A DNA stretch of 63,563 nt, counting the filler, from Platydemus manokwari (Eukaryota): the NCBI GenBank assembly GCA_037951405.1. It is 6 parts of 6 records of this genome, joined end to end, with 100 filler letters (N's around TTAATTAATTAA, not from the genome) between each part and the next. Parts side by side here need not be neighbours in the genome. Positions count along the whole stretch, not along the records: positions 8,859 to 17,942 come from JBBMOY011302095.1; positions 18,043 to 26,755 come from JBBMOY011361760.1; 4 more parts are not named here. One strand, written 5' to 3'. The notes under the pieces were generated by a model. It saw only the letters and a list, made by a program, of their open reading frames with translations. It had not been told where the DNA came from and did not search any database. The translations under genes and the position numbers were made by a program. Position 1 is the stretch's first letter. The number at the start of each line of letters is the position of its first letter. Positions 10,757 to 22,704 of the stretch are shown here, one piece after another.

Positions 10757-13726
10757 TCAATTAGAAATTTTTTTACTTTCGTTTTGTGGAACGAATTCTG
10801 GGGCCTCCGGATTGAGATTGGCCATTGGATCTCTATTTTTGTTAACCGCATTCCACTGTGGACGATTTTCAATCAATCGTATTTGCATATTTGTCGTATC
10901 AACTTCAAGCTTGGTGCTTGAACTCAAGATCTGAATTGAAAATAGCGATAGTTTTTTTTCATAAAAATCATAAAAAAATCAATCCATCACCTGACCAAGC
11001 GAATAAAGATCCATTGCAAAATGTACAATACGCTTGAATCCTGCAATCACCATAAGGGGCACCCATCCATTTGCATCCATATGAGAACGCAAATAAGTGT
11101 CTTTGCGTAAATTCTCCTCGCTAAAGTAATACTCGACCTAATACAATATGTCACAATCTGTATCCATCCGTCATACAATCGTTGTCATACCTGTTTCAAT
11201 AAACTATCATTGATTACATTTTCATTGGCGAATGGAATCATTTCTGGATGCAATGACACCAATGAATTATAATCAATATTTTGTGTCAAAGGTGATGACA
11301 CAGATGGTAAAAATAATATTTGATTGTTATATAAACTGCCAGCAGAAACAGTCGTCATGATTCCGGCGTTGGATTCAGATACTTGATTGTTGTAAAGCAA
11401 AGAAATGCCCGTTGCTAAAATTCAAAAAAAAACAAATCGTCACATGATATCTCTGTTGCAATATATTATTATCGATAGCACTACTCTGATGTAATAATTA
11501 TCAATAAATTTCACTATCGAAGTTCACAGTTATACAGCCTTTTATTTCGAATATATAATAAATAGATATAAATAATAATAATAATGATTGAGTATATTAT
11601 ACTGCCCGTCATAACCGAACCCCTTGCTTTATTATCGTTTTTATATATCATTAGCTCATTCGCAAAACAATTCAAAACTTACAATAATTCGGATAAATGG
11701 GCATATAATCCATATTTTTAGATCCATTGTAGTTATTTTCATTGGATTTTGTTTGATTGTATCTTGTCGAATTTCTTCCTCTACCGCCATACATACGTTT
11801 ACCTCGTGAGCCAGCAGCTTGGCGGAAATTTTTTTGTGGAGATTTATTATTCGATTCTTGTATCTCATTTGAAAGATCATTCGACTCTGGTTGCCACTGA
11901 AAAGGTGAATATGGTTGAATATTATTAATATATATATTTTAATCATTTTATTTCGCCACCAAAACAGCTAATATCAGCTGAGTTGATACGGCTTAACCAC
12001 CACATTTGATTCAATATTCGTCTCACATGTAGGCATCAATTTTGGTTATCATATGTAGTTTAATACTGCAATGATGCCGACATCTATTTCCACGCTATAT
12101 TTGCGCTACGATTCAATACCAATATCATCACCGATCAACAAACAAATCCATTACAAAATAGATAAACAAAATAATTATCAAAACAAACATTTTCAGAGCG
12201 ATAATTGTTGCTCTTATTGAATTGACGAGGTGGTTTGAATCCATCATTGGAACGGTTTTTATCCGCATATTCATTTTCCGAATTATCCTTAACTGGGGCG
12301 GCTTGGTCGAAGGAATTGGGTTTATAATTACGATATTGTCTACCACGATAATTTGGTTTGTTTTCTTTGTTTTCCGTTTGTGCTAAACAATGAAATTTAT
12401 ATATGGAATGAATAAATATACACATAAATTCATAAACGATTATTGATTTATTTGTGGACATTTATTTTTGGAGTTTTAGAGAAAAAAAAATATAAAATAA
12501 TGTCTGCCATTTATTTGAATTGTACAATCAATACAATCGATAAATCTGAAATTCCAAAAATTGAATTTAAATAAATATGAAATAAATAAACCAAAAACGA
12601 CAAAAAAACGAAAATCAAATCAGGACAAAAGCATGAAACTAGCGCTGCAAGTGTGGTGCATATTTAAAAGCACCTGTGGAATGATTAAATCTATTTTAGA
12701 CTCCACAATGTTAGACTTTATCGGATAAATGTCTGTAAAAATGGAATCGATTTAAATTAATATTATAAAAAAATGTTTCCACGGTTTCCAAAATGATCAA
12801 ATGTTGGATTTAACACAGCGCACACAATGGCGCTCTGATGAATCGATAATTTTCGTGGTCTATTTAATTTTTCGCTGGATTATGTAATCACTGATATTAG
12901 TTGGCAGCGTATTCAATCAATCTATAACAGAGAATTTATGCCGAATATATCGATCGGTATTGCAATACACGAATCGGCAATAAGCAATCAATAATATGCT
13001 ATATAGATTGAATTTAATAATATTCCATTTCGAGTTTATCTTTATCGAAAATATTAATATCATCACAATAATTGATGCATAATCAATGAAATACCATCAG
13101 AACTATTGTTACCATGACGATTTGGCACGTTTTCCGAACTTGTATATTTGAAATCAACATGAAGCCTTTCCCATCTTCGTTTACTATTGGCAGCGTTAGA
13201 ATGGTTTCCTGGTTTCGATACGTTGTTTTCAGCTTTATCAGATTTTACCTAAAAACAAGAAAATTAATCAATTATTTTATCAGATAAATGAATTAATCCG
13301 TTTTTTATAAAAATCAATAAGTAGAATTATTTTTTATAACTGAATATGACAATTATTAATTAATTTGGAAATAAACTGCTTCATTTTATATTCCTAAACC
13401 GATTATTAATTGATTTTGATTTTATTCGTCGATAAACTCAATCATTTACTTTAAATCAATTCCATAATTATTTAATCAATAATTTGTTATAAAACCACCA
13501 TACACTAAAGAATTTTTATTGATTTAATAAATATATATCTAAAAATCAATTTAGTATTTTAATCAAAGTACCTCAGTATCCAATTGAACCAGTTTTGATT
13601 TTTCTAAAATTGGCCAGTCCTCCATTGATCCTAAAAAAGTTAAAATTGTATATTAAATAAACAATTTTTTTTAATAATTATTTTACTTGGATTTTTAATT
13701 TTTTTATTTTCTACAGTCGAGGTCAT
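10757..13726 (-). CDS. La-related protein, LARP1-like (La motif plus C-terminal PAM2; no DM15 region seen), ~395 aa, 8 exons
   Basis: Minus-strand exons 13726-13687, 13630-13572, 13248-13113, 12382-12189, 11896-11683, 11414-11191, 11137-10991 and 10930-10757 are phase-consistent (1188 nt). La motif LLKQVEYYFSEENLRKDTYLRSHMDANGWVPL; N-terminal DWP and KRRWERLHVD motifs; RG-rich segment; LNPEAPEFVP PAM2. Confidence 0.88.
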
Positions 13727-16700
13727 AAATCGGATAATATCTAAAATTAAAACTATTTTAAAAAAATATACGTTTGGTTCCTTAAATTATCGACTTATGG
13801 AGTTGAAAAATCAATTTAATAAATTTAAAATATCGTAAAACAAAATTTACTTCAAAATGTGTATGCGTCACAAAAACACTAGATCCAATTTAAATTTTAC
13901 TCCGATTGCAAATTATTTATTTTACTGAAATAGAAGATTTAAACAATTCTGCCGATGAAAAGTGGGTTTCTCTTTCGAAGGATTTTCATTTTCATTTTAT
14001 TTTAAATCGATTATAAACGTTTGATTAAAGTTATAAATTGTAAAATAAAATTTTATTCTGTAATATTGATTGGGTCGAATTTAGCGATGGTGGCGAGCAC
14101 TCATTCGAATATTAGCTTTTATTGATTTTAACGCTTTTTAAATTGAATTCTACATCGAATCTTCAGTGGACATATTACAATCTTCGGGATTACTTTATCC
14201 ACTAGTTTCATATTTTTAAATACAATGATTTTTTATTACGACATAAATGTTATATAACGAATTTACTGTTCCATATTGTGCTACTTGTATCGCTCACGTT
14301 CGTTGGAGATGAATTTTTAAAACTTTATTTTTAATTATTTATTTTTTTACCTTTTTGAATACACAATGAAAAAGATTTTAAAAATATTTCTGCTAATAGT
14401 TATTATGTAACATTTGCTGACACAATGTTCTTTAAAGAGTATTTATTGATTAATTACGATAATTTAAAATCAAAATTTATTTTACTGAGACTTCGTTGCA
14501 AATAGAACGGCTTTTGATTTAGTAATTTTAACTTGAACAAGTCGTCTTGGTGATAATTGTTAGATAAGACATCCTATTTTATACTGATGTATAGAAATAA
14601 ATCGGTGTACCGATGGAATTCTCATTACTTAAATCAGACAATTCACGACACCTAGTTTGATTTTAAAACTGTTCACGTGATGATTAAACTTTAAAAATTA
14701 CGACACTATTCATTTCAAAACAATAAAATCAAAGCAGACAACATCAGTTGAGATTGAGTCATTTGGTCCGGTACTTACATGTTGTTGTTTTCTTCTCCGT
14801 CTATTTTTTCTTTTAAAAGACATTTTTTTTATTTCAGTCATTCGGTGGACTTTGACTGGTCATTGATCCAAGGGTCTTTCATCATCGGATATTTATTCTT
14901 TGTTTTCATTGATTCCCATACACAGTCTTCCTTTCGACTTATCTTCGGAGCATGAGTGACCCTGTTTGTATTTGAATTATACCTGGTGGTGTGAGTACAT
15001 AGTTATTTTATTTTTTCTATATTATTAAAAGTCTAACCAGATTTTAACAATATTAAATTGGTGTTTGAGTTTGAGGTAAATCAAGACAATTTAAAATTAT
15101 ATCGATAAATTTACTTCTTTTCATATTTGTTTGAAAATGAGAGACACACTGTCAATAAGGAATAAACGATTGTCAGATACATGAATTATTTCAATGGAGC
15201 TTGGGGCCTTGATTTTAACATATGCTTTGTTAGAGTGTGGAAAGTTGGTTGTATATGAATGGTGCCTAAAATTCACAAAATCAATCAATAATATTAATTC
15301 CTTCTGCTATTCTAGTACGTATCAGAATTCACAAATCCAGGATCAATTTTTGTTTGAATCATGTTAACCATATTACGCTATTTAATAGTTTTTATTCTTT
15401 TTAATAGTTTTGTTTTTTAAATAATTTTTCTTATTTATGTAATAACATTTACAAATTTTTCATATTTAAGATTTTATGATTAATTTATGTTTCCTCAATA
15501 ATAATAATGTCACATTTTTATCGCATTTAATATAATTTTATATTTACATATATAGGTAATTAATAAAACAAATTATCACAATAACTGATGAGTTGTGATT
15601 AAAGATTCCACGAATATAAAGAAAGACTCGAACTCTAAGTTTCATAAATAAATATAAAGGTATAATCCTAAGAAATGAGATAAAAGAACTTCACCGATGT
15701 AACATTATCGATCAACTCAGACAAGTAATAAATAGAACAACTAAATACCTACTCTTTCTAAAAAGTATGCTAGGATATTTTAGCGATATTTATTAATAAG
15801 ATCTGGAAGAATTTGTTCTTGTAATATCTGAATGGGCTGATTTCTGAACTAAAAGAGTCATTGGCTATAAATTGTTTTGGGATATCTGAATGAAGGTAAC
15901 CATTTAAGCATCTCGAACGAGACCCTCTCGCGCATTAAATGCGTTCCGATTTTCACTATCCCGAGTACCTTATAAATATTATGTTTATATTTTTATCTGG
16001 AGCGATACCTTATCTCTCGTTTGTATTTCATAGAGCTAAATGTATATTTATTGTATGTTCCTTCGAATTTAGTTTCGCAGTTCGAATTTTCCTTTCACAG
16101 AAAAACCCTCGCATTAAGCGGTTAATCGAAAAATAATTCAAGTTTTACTAAATTTAAATGGTAAAAAACAGAAAAAGAAGATGACTAACAAATCAAGATA
16201 TCTCCCCGGGAAAATTTGATAGAAAATATAAAGAAATGTTCGTAGATATACTGAAGTGAAATTGAGGTGAATATTTAACCGGTGAACAAAACAAAATATG
16301 AAATCATTAATCAATTATACCATTACAATCATTCCACTTTATTATACTCTTATTTAAGTAATTTTAAAACTCAATTAAAAAATTTACAAAAATGTTTTTC
16401 ACCTAATAGTCCGAACTCGAACTTAAATGAGTTTTTTTTAATAATTCTTAACTTAATTTTGAAAATACATTTACAAATTTATTGATTTTTGGGTGCTTGT
16501 GTAGTAACTCTAACTCAATTCATCATTATTGGTTTTTATTATATTTTTTTTAGAAAATTACTTGTCAAATTATCAAATACATATTTAAAACTTATATTTA
16601 ATGTATATTTATATTTATTTGTTCATAGCAACATATTCTCGATAAAACAATTAATAAAGGCATGGTGTTCAAAATATTTTAAAAAGTTATGATATCTTCA

Positions 16701-17942
16701 TTACAATTATACATGTTTATAATGATAATTCCAGGATTTTCTTCTTCACTAAATCTGGAGTTTATTATGAAAACCAGAAAATTGTCTTACCGAGTTATCA
16801 TTCACAAACATTGATAATCTGAAATACCGAATAAATTAATGCGTTGTCAATCTATGAGGAGTTTACAGGTCATGAAACAATTCCAGATGGTGAATCTGAT
16901 TGAAATGAATGAATTCCACCACCACCATAAAATGAATAATATATCTGTCTATCGGTATAATATTTGCGAGAACTAACGAATGTAAGACCATCAATATGCA
17001 CAATAAATAAATATCTATTATTTGATGTAAGGATGGATTCTTGAAATTTTTAATTCAATATATCGATTAAGGAACAAATTAAAATAAAAAATCTGATACC
17101 TTACAAATATTTAAAATATGGGATTGGAACAAGCTTACTCCTTCGTGAACATCATGGATATTAAGAGTCCAAACTTTAAAAAAGTGCAAGAGAATATATT
17201 ATATTAATAATAATAAGATAACTTGTATATCGATAGTAATGCAATTCTCCAAGCTGCAAAGATGCATTTCGAACGACATATTTACGAATAAATTCTGAGC
17301 CAAAACTATCAATCTGTTGTTGTAAATGGAATTGTTGATGAAGTCTTCTCATTCAAGAAAGAAGTACATAAAATCTCAGTACAAATAATTGTGAAAAATC
17401 AGGAGACAAATGTAAACCTATTCCTTTTGTAGCTCCAAAATAAGATGCTGAAAACCATGTGGATTTGTGTTGTTTTCTAATGAACATTTACAAATTTACA
17501 CGCAACTTTTCGAATAGAAAATGAAATGACTTGGCTGGAGTTCACCAGTCTTTATGATATGCAAATTATTCTGAATTATTTATTATTTTGGTGCTGAAAT
17601 TCTCTTCTACTTTTTTAATCAAATTCTTGAAACTTGATTTTGATCAAATTTTGTGAGAATGTGTCACAATTCGTGTTTTTTTTCTTTGAATAGTTAATAC
17701 ATACATAAATCCACATTCGATTCGAATAAACACAATTTTTAAAAACATGTTGTGATTTACTACGTTTAAGTGTTGTCATGGTTATCTATTGTATTTTGGT
17801 GTTTAATTAAATTTACACCACAAACCGTCTCAACATATTCACTTGTTTCCGCCTAAATTATACTACTCATTATAATTAGTAATTCGTATTGAATTAGGAT
17901 TTGAAAAAATACTTATTCCTTTAGTTTCTGTTAATAAGTTAT

Positions 17943-18042
17943 NNNNNNNNNNNNNNNNNNNNNNNNNNNNNNNNNNNNNNNNNNNNTTAATTAATTAANN
18001 NNNNNNNNNNNNNNNNNNNNNNNNNNNNNNNNNNNNNNNNNN
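17943..18042. other. Assembly spacer (artificial)
   Basis: N44-TTAATTAATTAA-N44. Confidence 0.98.
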
Positions 18043-18125
18043 AAATAAACTATATAGATTTTTGCAATACACTCAACAAATTTAAAATTTCATTTTTTGA
18101 CACTTTTTTAACTTTAGCCTTTCAA
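18043..18125 (+). repeat. Interspersed repeat shared with 40863-40945
   Basis: CTATATAGATTTTTGCAATAYACTCAACA..TAACTTTAKCC occurs in both places; class unknown. Confidence 0.6.
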
Positions 18126-20500
18126 TTTACTATCTGTACAGAAATGTTTTTTTGAATTATTCGAACCAGGTTGTAGTTATTAACAATAAAATCCAAAATT
18201 ATGCAAGATCAGATATTTAAACAATAAAATAATAATTTTTTTTAAAAATAATTAGAGCAAAATTATATGAATTCTGATAGCCTTCATGTAAACATGAGAC
18301 CAAATGCCAGTCAAATTTCAGAAAAATCAGGATATTTAAAAGTATTAATTATTTGTCAGTGCGGCCCTTCATTGCCGATGCCCCAAAAGATCGTAATCAA
18401 TAGAAGACAACATATTAAATTATTTTGAACACACATGGATAATATAAAACATTAAAATAATATTTAGACCTATTTAATTTAAGATACTGGCATATTAGAT
18501 ATGCCTCGTGGGGTGAATACAATTCTCACCCATCTAGTCCAGATTGAAATGGCCATAATAAACAATCTGTCAACAAAATAATTTGTATCAAGCATTGATA
18601 AGGTAGCTAAATGTGTCTTAGTAATTATATCTCAATATCGATATAAATAGTTTATTTCCATCAAAATTTATTATTTCAAAATTTACGCGCGTATTTTCGA
18701 ATATTTAAACAAATCTAAGATTTATCTAACTGAAATAATGATCAATAATAATCCTATCGTTTTAACACGTTTTCAAATTATTAAATTCAATCCATTGTTG
18801 AAATACAAAAAGATTATCATTATATGAAAAACTGATTCTAAAATTCTTGGAAAATGACGAAATGCCGAAATTATTTTTGTTTACTTCTTTGTCTATTTTC
18901 TTATTTTTTTCATAGAATAAATAATGATTTTAGATATCTATACTGAAAACATCATCAAGCACCAGCGAACATGCTTGCCTTTTAATACCAACAGAAATAT
19001 GTTATCTCCATTTTACTGTTAACTGCACCTATCAAAAGTTTGGCCATTGTTTTGGAAATGGTCTGATTTGTCATTCTTTATGAATTGTTTCATCGTGGCA
19101 TGGCAGACGTAAAATGTCATCATAATATATTTATTGGTTTTATGTTGATTTTTCAGCTATGAAAAAAAATGGTTAGCATAAATCAAATTTCTTTCATTTT
19201 ATCCAATGAGCCTTCAATGATTATCAACGCTATTTAAGATGGTTTGATTTTCAAACCGAAATCAGTCCAGATTCTACTGGTTAAGTAAATTGAGAAAATC
19301 AATCTCATTTTTTATATTGTTGCTTTTAGCTCTCTTATTTAATTATATTTACTGAGGCTTAAGTATTTTTCAAGAGCCATTAGTGTCCGTTAATAAATAA
19401 TACAAATAAGAATATTAAGTAATCTCATTTTCTATTTGTAATAATATCGATGTTGAATTTCATAGGCACCAGAATGGATCTCGTCGCTGAAAATGAAGAT
19501 TTTTAATTGTTTTCATATTTTTTATATTATCTGAAAATTTGTGAGAATGATTTAAAATTATTTTTTAGTCCTGGAGATGAAAAAGTGATTTCAAAAATAA
19601 TATCGATTAAAATTATTTAAATCACTCATTAAAATCGATCGATAATCAATCACCAAAAGCCATTTTGAGATTTATTGTTTAAATATAATTCTAACTGGAA
19701 ACAAGAACCACTGACATTTATTCGTGAATTTAGGATTTAGAGATTGGATTTAGTTTTTAGAAATTTTTCTAAGCTCTTTTAAACTCCGAGGTGATTCGGA
19801 TCGAGGTTCGGATCTTTCCCAATCAATATCATATGATGTTATTAAAATTTCCAAAAGAATTATTTGTCGCATCGATCAAAACTTAAGCCAATCAAAGGAG
19901 CTAATAAATCGTATTAACCGAACTTAATTTTTTATTATTTCATAATTGATGAGCATTTTAAAATGCCATTAACCAAAAATATTTCAATTTCTTGGTTTGT
20001 TTCGTTACACTAACATATATACTCATGTACATTATTGAGATTTTTATTCTTAACGTTTGATGAGACGAATAAAAATTGGTGAAGACAAAGTGTTATATTG
20101 GGAATATCAATGAAACAACTAAATTGGAAATATATAAATAAAATTTGATATAACACTGAGGACCTCAAAATCTGAAGTAAATAATCCAAAAATTAACAGA
20201 AAAATCTCAGAACTAGCTCCATCAAATTTTAAATGGCTCCAAACTATTATCAAAATTACTCTTTATTTTTAAAAATTTTAACATGTTTTATTAAATTAAA
20301 AAGTTATTAAATATCGGATTTGGCTTTCATGAAAATGAGGCATGTATCATTATAAAGTGATTAATATCTAGCTTGTATATGATAATGAAAATACTCTGAA
20401 GCCTTGAAATGGCTTATGAGTTATAAAATTTACACATCACAGTTATTAATATTTCTGTTGATTCATCGATTTTAGATATTATTCCATAATTTAATACCTA

Positions 20501-21119
20501 TGTTAGCCGCTACTGTTTTAAAAGCTTCACATTAAAAACGAACTGAACAGTCAAGACATCAAAAATCAAATTAAATATAATTATTTAAACCAATGATTTT
20601 AATTTTATAAAAATATGATTTTATACAAAAATATAATTAATTTGAATAAATTATTTAATTCATTTAAAATATCTCACAGGCCCCTTTCTTTAAAATCTTT
20701 GATTTTGTTTATCGTCTCTGTATCGAATGCCCTACATATTTCATTATTCGAAAACTCTAATTCTTCTACCTTTTTATACATTCTTTTACATCTCCTTTAT
20801 ATCTTCTTTTATATTTTCTTTTATATTTCCTTTTTATCTCTTCTACATCTTCTTTATATGTTCTCAATATAGTCTCAGCATCTTCCTCCTTCTTTTCTAT
20901 AATTTTCAGTATTTGATCTGTTCATAATCGAATCCAGATATGTAGTCGCCGTGTTAGCCGCTACCACCTCACATTAAAAATGAATTGAAAAGTCAAGACA
21001 CGAAAATCTATTTAAATACATAGATTTAAACCAATGAATTTAATTTTATAAAAATATGATTTTATATAAAAATAGAATTAAATTTGAATTAAAAATTTAT
21101 TTCATTTAAAATATCTCGA
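20501..21119 (-). mobile_element. TRIM-like element, second two-LTR copy
   Basis: Direct repeats 20501-20678 and 20952-~21119. On the minus strand, PBS CGGCGACTACATATCTGGATTCGA follows the 5' LTR and PPT AAAGAAAGGGGCC precedes the 3' LTR. The interior is CT-rich on the + strand. Confidence 0.82.
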
Positions 21120-22465
21120 TCTATAAACTCAAAAAATTGTAAAAAATAAACAATTTATGAAATAAATCAGTCGTGTGCGTCGTTTGGATTAGTAGTGGGA
21201 ATTTGCTTAATCTCCCATTCAAACAACAAAACGCTATTGTTTTACCATTTTTTTCAATTTATTATAACAATTTAAATCGGACGTTTTTCATTGATTTTGT
21301 GTAGTTTCGTTATTTGTTGTGGGCAACTAATCATTTGGTTTGATGAATACTGTTTCATATGAGTCGAATGAATCATTAAATTTGGTTATAAAATTAATTA
21401 TCAACACCCATTTTGTTGTTTTAATATATCTTGAAATAAAAGCAAATGTTTGATTTTTCATTCATTGATTTCCAGTAGGATTGGTGTCGCTTGTTTTAGT
21501 CGATTTAAAACTCAATGTCGCAATTAGAACATAAAATAATGGATATTGATTGATAATCATATGATTCAAAAACGAATGACATCCGTTTGGATTTCTATCA
21601 TTGATCATTTTTTATAATCCGAAACAAAATTTCATTTCATTTCTAAATATTAAAACGTTTAGTTCGATTTCTCAATAATATTGAAATTATTTTTTGTTGT
21701 ACTTTATCTACTTTTAAACTATAAATACTACATTACATGTAATAAATATTGAAAATAAGTACAAAAATAAAAATTAATACTTAGCTCAAGCAGTGTAATA
21801 TTATTAAACATGGGTATTTTATTTTAGCTTTTTAAAAGTTTTTTTAATGTGATTTTTAGAAGTTCTTTCGTGATTGCTTTTTAAAATAAAATAAGTAAAA
21901 CATATTTATTAAAATCAAATTCCGGACATGCACTTTTATCGGGTATTTCTCTCGCTATTAGGAAGATAAGAAGTAAAAAATTTTAACGAAAGAAGAGACC
22001 GGTGACCTTCAATTTAGATACCTAGGACAATATCCGGTGAATATTCTGATAAATTTATTGGATTTTTAACTTGTAAAAGTTATAAAATCCCATACTTATT
22101 GAAAAAATAATTACTATTATTGAATGCCAAATCATTTTTAAGTCTACAATTAGAATTGTCAGATGTGACCTACTTTGATATTTATATCGGCCAAATGAAG
22201 CATCCACCTTAAAGTGAAGTACTTTAGAATTACAGAAAACAATAATCAAGGAAAGTAATCGAAATTATACTTCAGCATTGAGTTTGAAACTACTGACTGA
22301 AATGAAATCTGTAACGAATTCTTGACCAGTAGTTTTGGACTTTTAATTATTAGATGCCAATAATACCATATTTGCAGGACTATAAGGCGCACCTTAAAAC
22401 ATATTTTTAGGATTTATTAAGGCTGGAATATTAAAAAAAAAGATGGTTACGATGTTAATATAAGC

Positions 22466-22704
22466 CAGGGGTCTCCAAACTTTTACAGCAAAGGACCACA
22501 TTGCTGATTTTTTTTAATTTGGAGGCCCAAAACTATGGTGGGTTTACAAAAAACTCAAATTAGCCAAAAATATTTTTTATTAATTATCCGAAGAAACACC
22601 ATTAAAAATACCGCGATTATCATAAATATGTGTATCACTTAATTTTGTCATAATGTTTGTGTGTTTCATAGTAAGCTTGGCGGGCCGTACTTTGGAGACC
22701 CCTG
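22466..22704. mobile_element. hAT-type MITE (239 bp)
   Basis: Perfect 14-bp TIRs CAGGGGTCTCCAAA / TTTGGAGACCCCTG and a subterminal GGCGGGCCG. The flanking 8-mers do not match, so there is no clean TSD. Confidence 0.75.

Noticed and set aside
11656-12346. Long open alternative frame over LARP exons 4-5 (dual coding?)
   Set aside because: The +1 frame is expected to stay open where the main frame has few NTA/NTG codons, as in this disordered region.
14770-15372. Minus-strand exon-like segments starting MVNMIQTKIDPG
   Set aside because: Could not be spliced without stops, and no family was recognised.
15575-15625. CTGATGA resembling a hammerhead ribozyme core
   Set aside because: It is followed by GAAT rather than GAAA, has no stem III/NUH, and sits in the loop of a simple hairpin.
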